A DNA stretch of 6,305 nucleotides, from assembly GCA_027031765.1 (NCBI GenBank), contig JALVPN010000008.1, positions 1-6,305 on the forward strand, written 5' to 3'. The DNA is from Promethearchaeota archaeon (GTDB lineage Archaea > Asgardarchaeota > Thorarchaeia > Thorarchaeales > Thorarchaeaceae). Within the stretch, counting starts at the first letter, position 1. Each line of letters starts with the position of its first letter. The notes beneath the pieces are model-generated. The model searched no databases and had not been told where the DNA came from. It saw only the letters and a list, made by a program, of their open reading frames with translations. Position numbers and translations under genes: made by a program. Below, in pieces: positions 5,801 to 6,305 of this stretch.

Positions 5801-6232
5801 TCATGGCTCCATCATCTTCACAAGGGCCTCCCCATCGAGGACAAGTTCGCCGTCCTGGTTGGTACAGGTCGTGCGGAGGCGCAGTCGCAGTCGTCCGGGC
5901 TGCTTCTCAATGACCTCAACGCGCGCAGTGACCGTGTCGCCGATGCGCACCGGTGCGAGGAAGCGCATACTCTGACTGAGGTATATTGTCCCCGGCCCTG
6001 GCAGTTGCATGCCAATGGCAGTGCTGACAAACGAGGCTGTGAGGAGGCCGTGGGCTATCCTGCCACCGAACACTGTGTTCTTGGCCCACTCCTCGTTGAA
6101 GTGAAGGGGGTTGTAGTCACCGCTCAGGTCACCGAAGGTCTGGATATCTTCCTCGGTAACAGTGTGTACCACTTCGGCCGACTGGCCCACCTCAACGTCA
6201 CCGAACCGCGTAACGTGTACCCGTTCGTTCAC
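5801..6232 (-). CDS. MaoC-family (hotdog-fold) dehydratase, (R)-specific enoyl-CoA hydratase/PhaJ-like
   Basis: Catalytic signature DIQTFGDLSGDYNPLH (Asp/His dyad) followed by FGGRIAHGLL, PGPGTIYLSQSMRFLAPVRIGDTV and the terminal V-L-D-G-E-A strand. GTG 6232 is preceded by SD-like GGAGTGAG. An upstream ATG lies at 6262. Confidence 0.93.
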   Translation of the reverse strand: MNERVHVTRFGDVEVGQSAEVVHTVTEEDIQTFGDLSGDYNPLHFNEEWAKNTVFGGRIAHGLLTASFVSTAIGMQLPGPGTIYLSQSMRFLAPVRIGDTVTARVEVIEKQPGRLRLRLRTTCTNQDGELVLDGEALVKMMEP

Positions 6233-6305
6233 TGTACTCACTCCACTTGACGACCAGTGCATTCTATGACGAGCCGATACCAGTTGCCGTCCCGGGTCTT
6301 TCCGG

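Noticed and set aside
5801-6232. MaoC gene as evidence of a PHA synthesis or paa operon
   Set aside because: No phaC/phaA/phaB or paa genes are in the window, and standalone MaoC dehydratases are common in archaea.
1-6305. CRISPR array, transposase/integrase, rRNA or tRNA genes
   Set aside because: No regularly spaced direct repeats, no DDE/HUH/tyrosine-recombinase motifs, and no rRNA or tRNA signatures were seen.

Overview
GC-rich window (roughly 60% GC by eye) with an archaeal-style gene set. The Cys-free Rab-like small GTPase suggests Asgard archaea, but this is inference and no taxonomic marker gene is present. In order along the window: (1) a small protein with two N-terminal TM helices and a putative ubiquitin-like C-terminal domain (-); (2) a Rab-like Ras-superfamily GTPase (-); (3) a ~300 bp self-complementary divergent intergenic region; (4) a CTP-dependent dolichol/phytol-kinase-family membrane protein (+); (5) a tandem SRPBCC/AHSA1 (START-like) protein (-); (6) a 167-nt element closed by an 11-bp perfect inverted repeat; (7) an apparently 5'-truncated membrane protein gene (-) head-to-head with an alpha/beta-hydrolase C-terminal remnant (+) that has an in-frame TAG and is missing from the ORF track; (8) an orphan ~300-aa soluble protein (-); (9) a MaoC/PhaJ-like dehydratase (-). 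The best candidate for a new system is the GTPase plus TM-Ubl gene pair, which could be a prenylation-independent membrane-recruitment module. That function is a hypothesis. No rRNA, tRNA, CRISPR array or transposase was seen. All family calls come from motif recognition by eye, without database searches.
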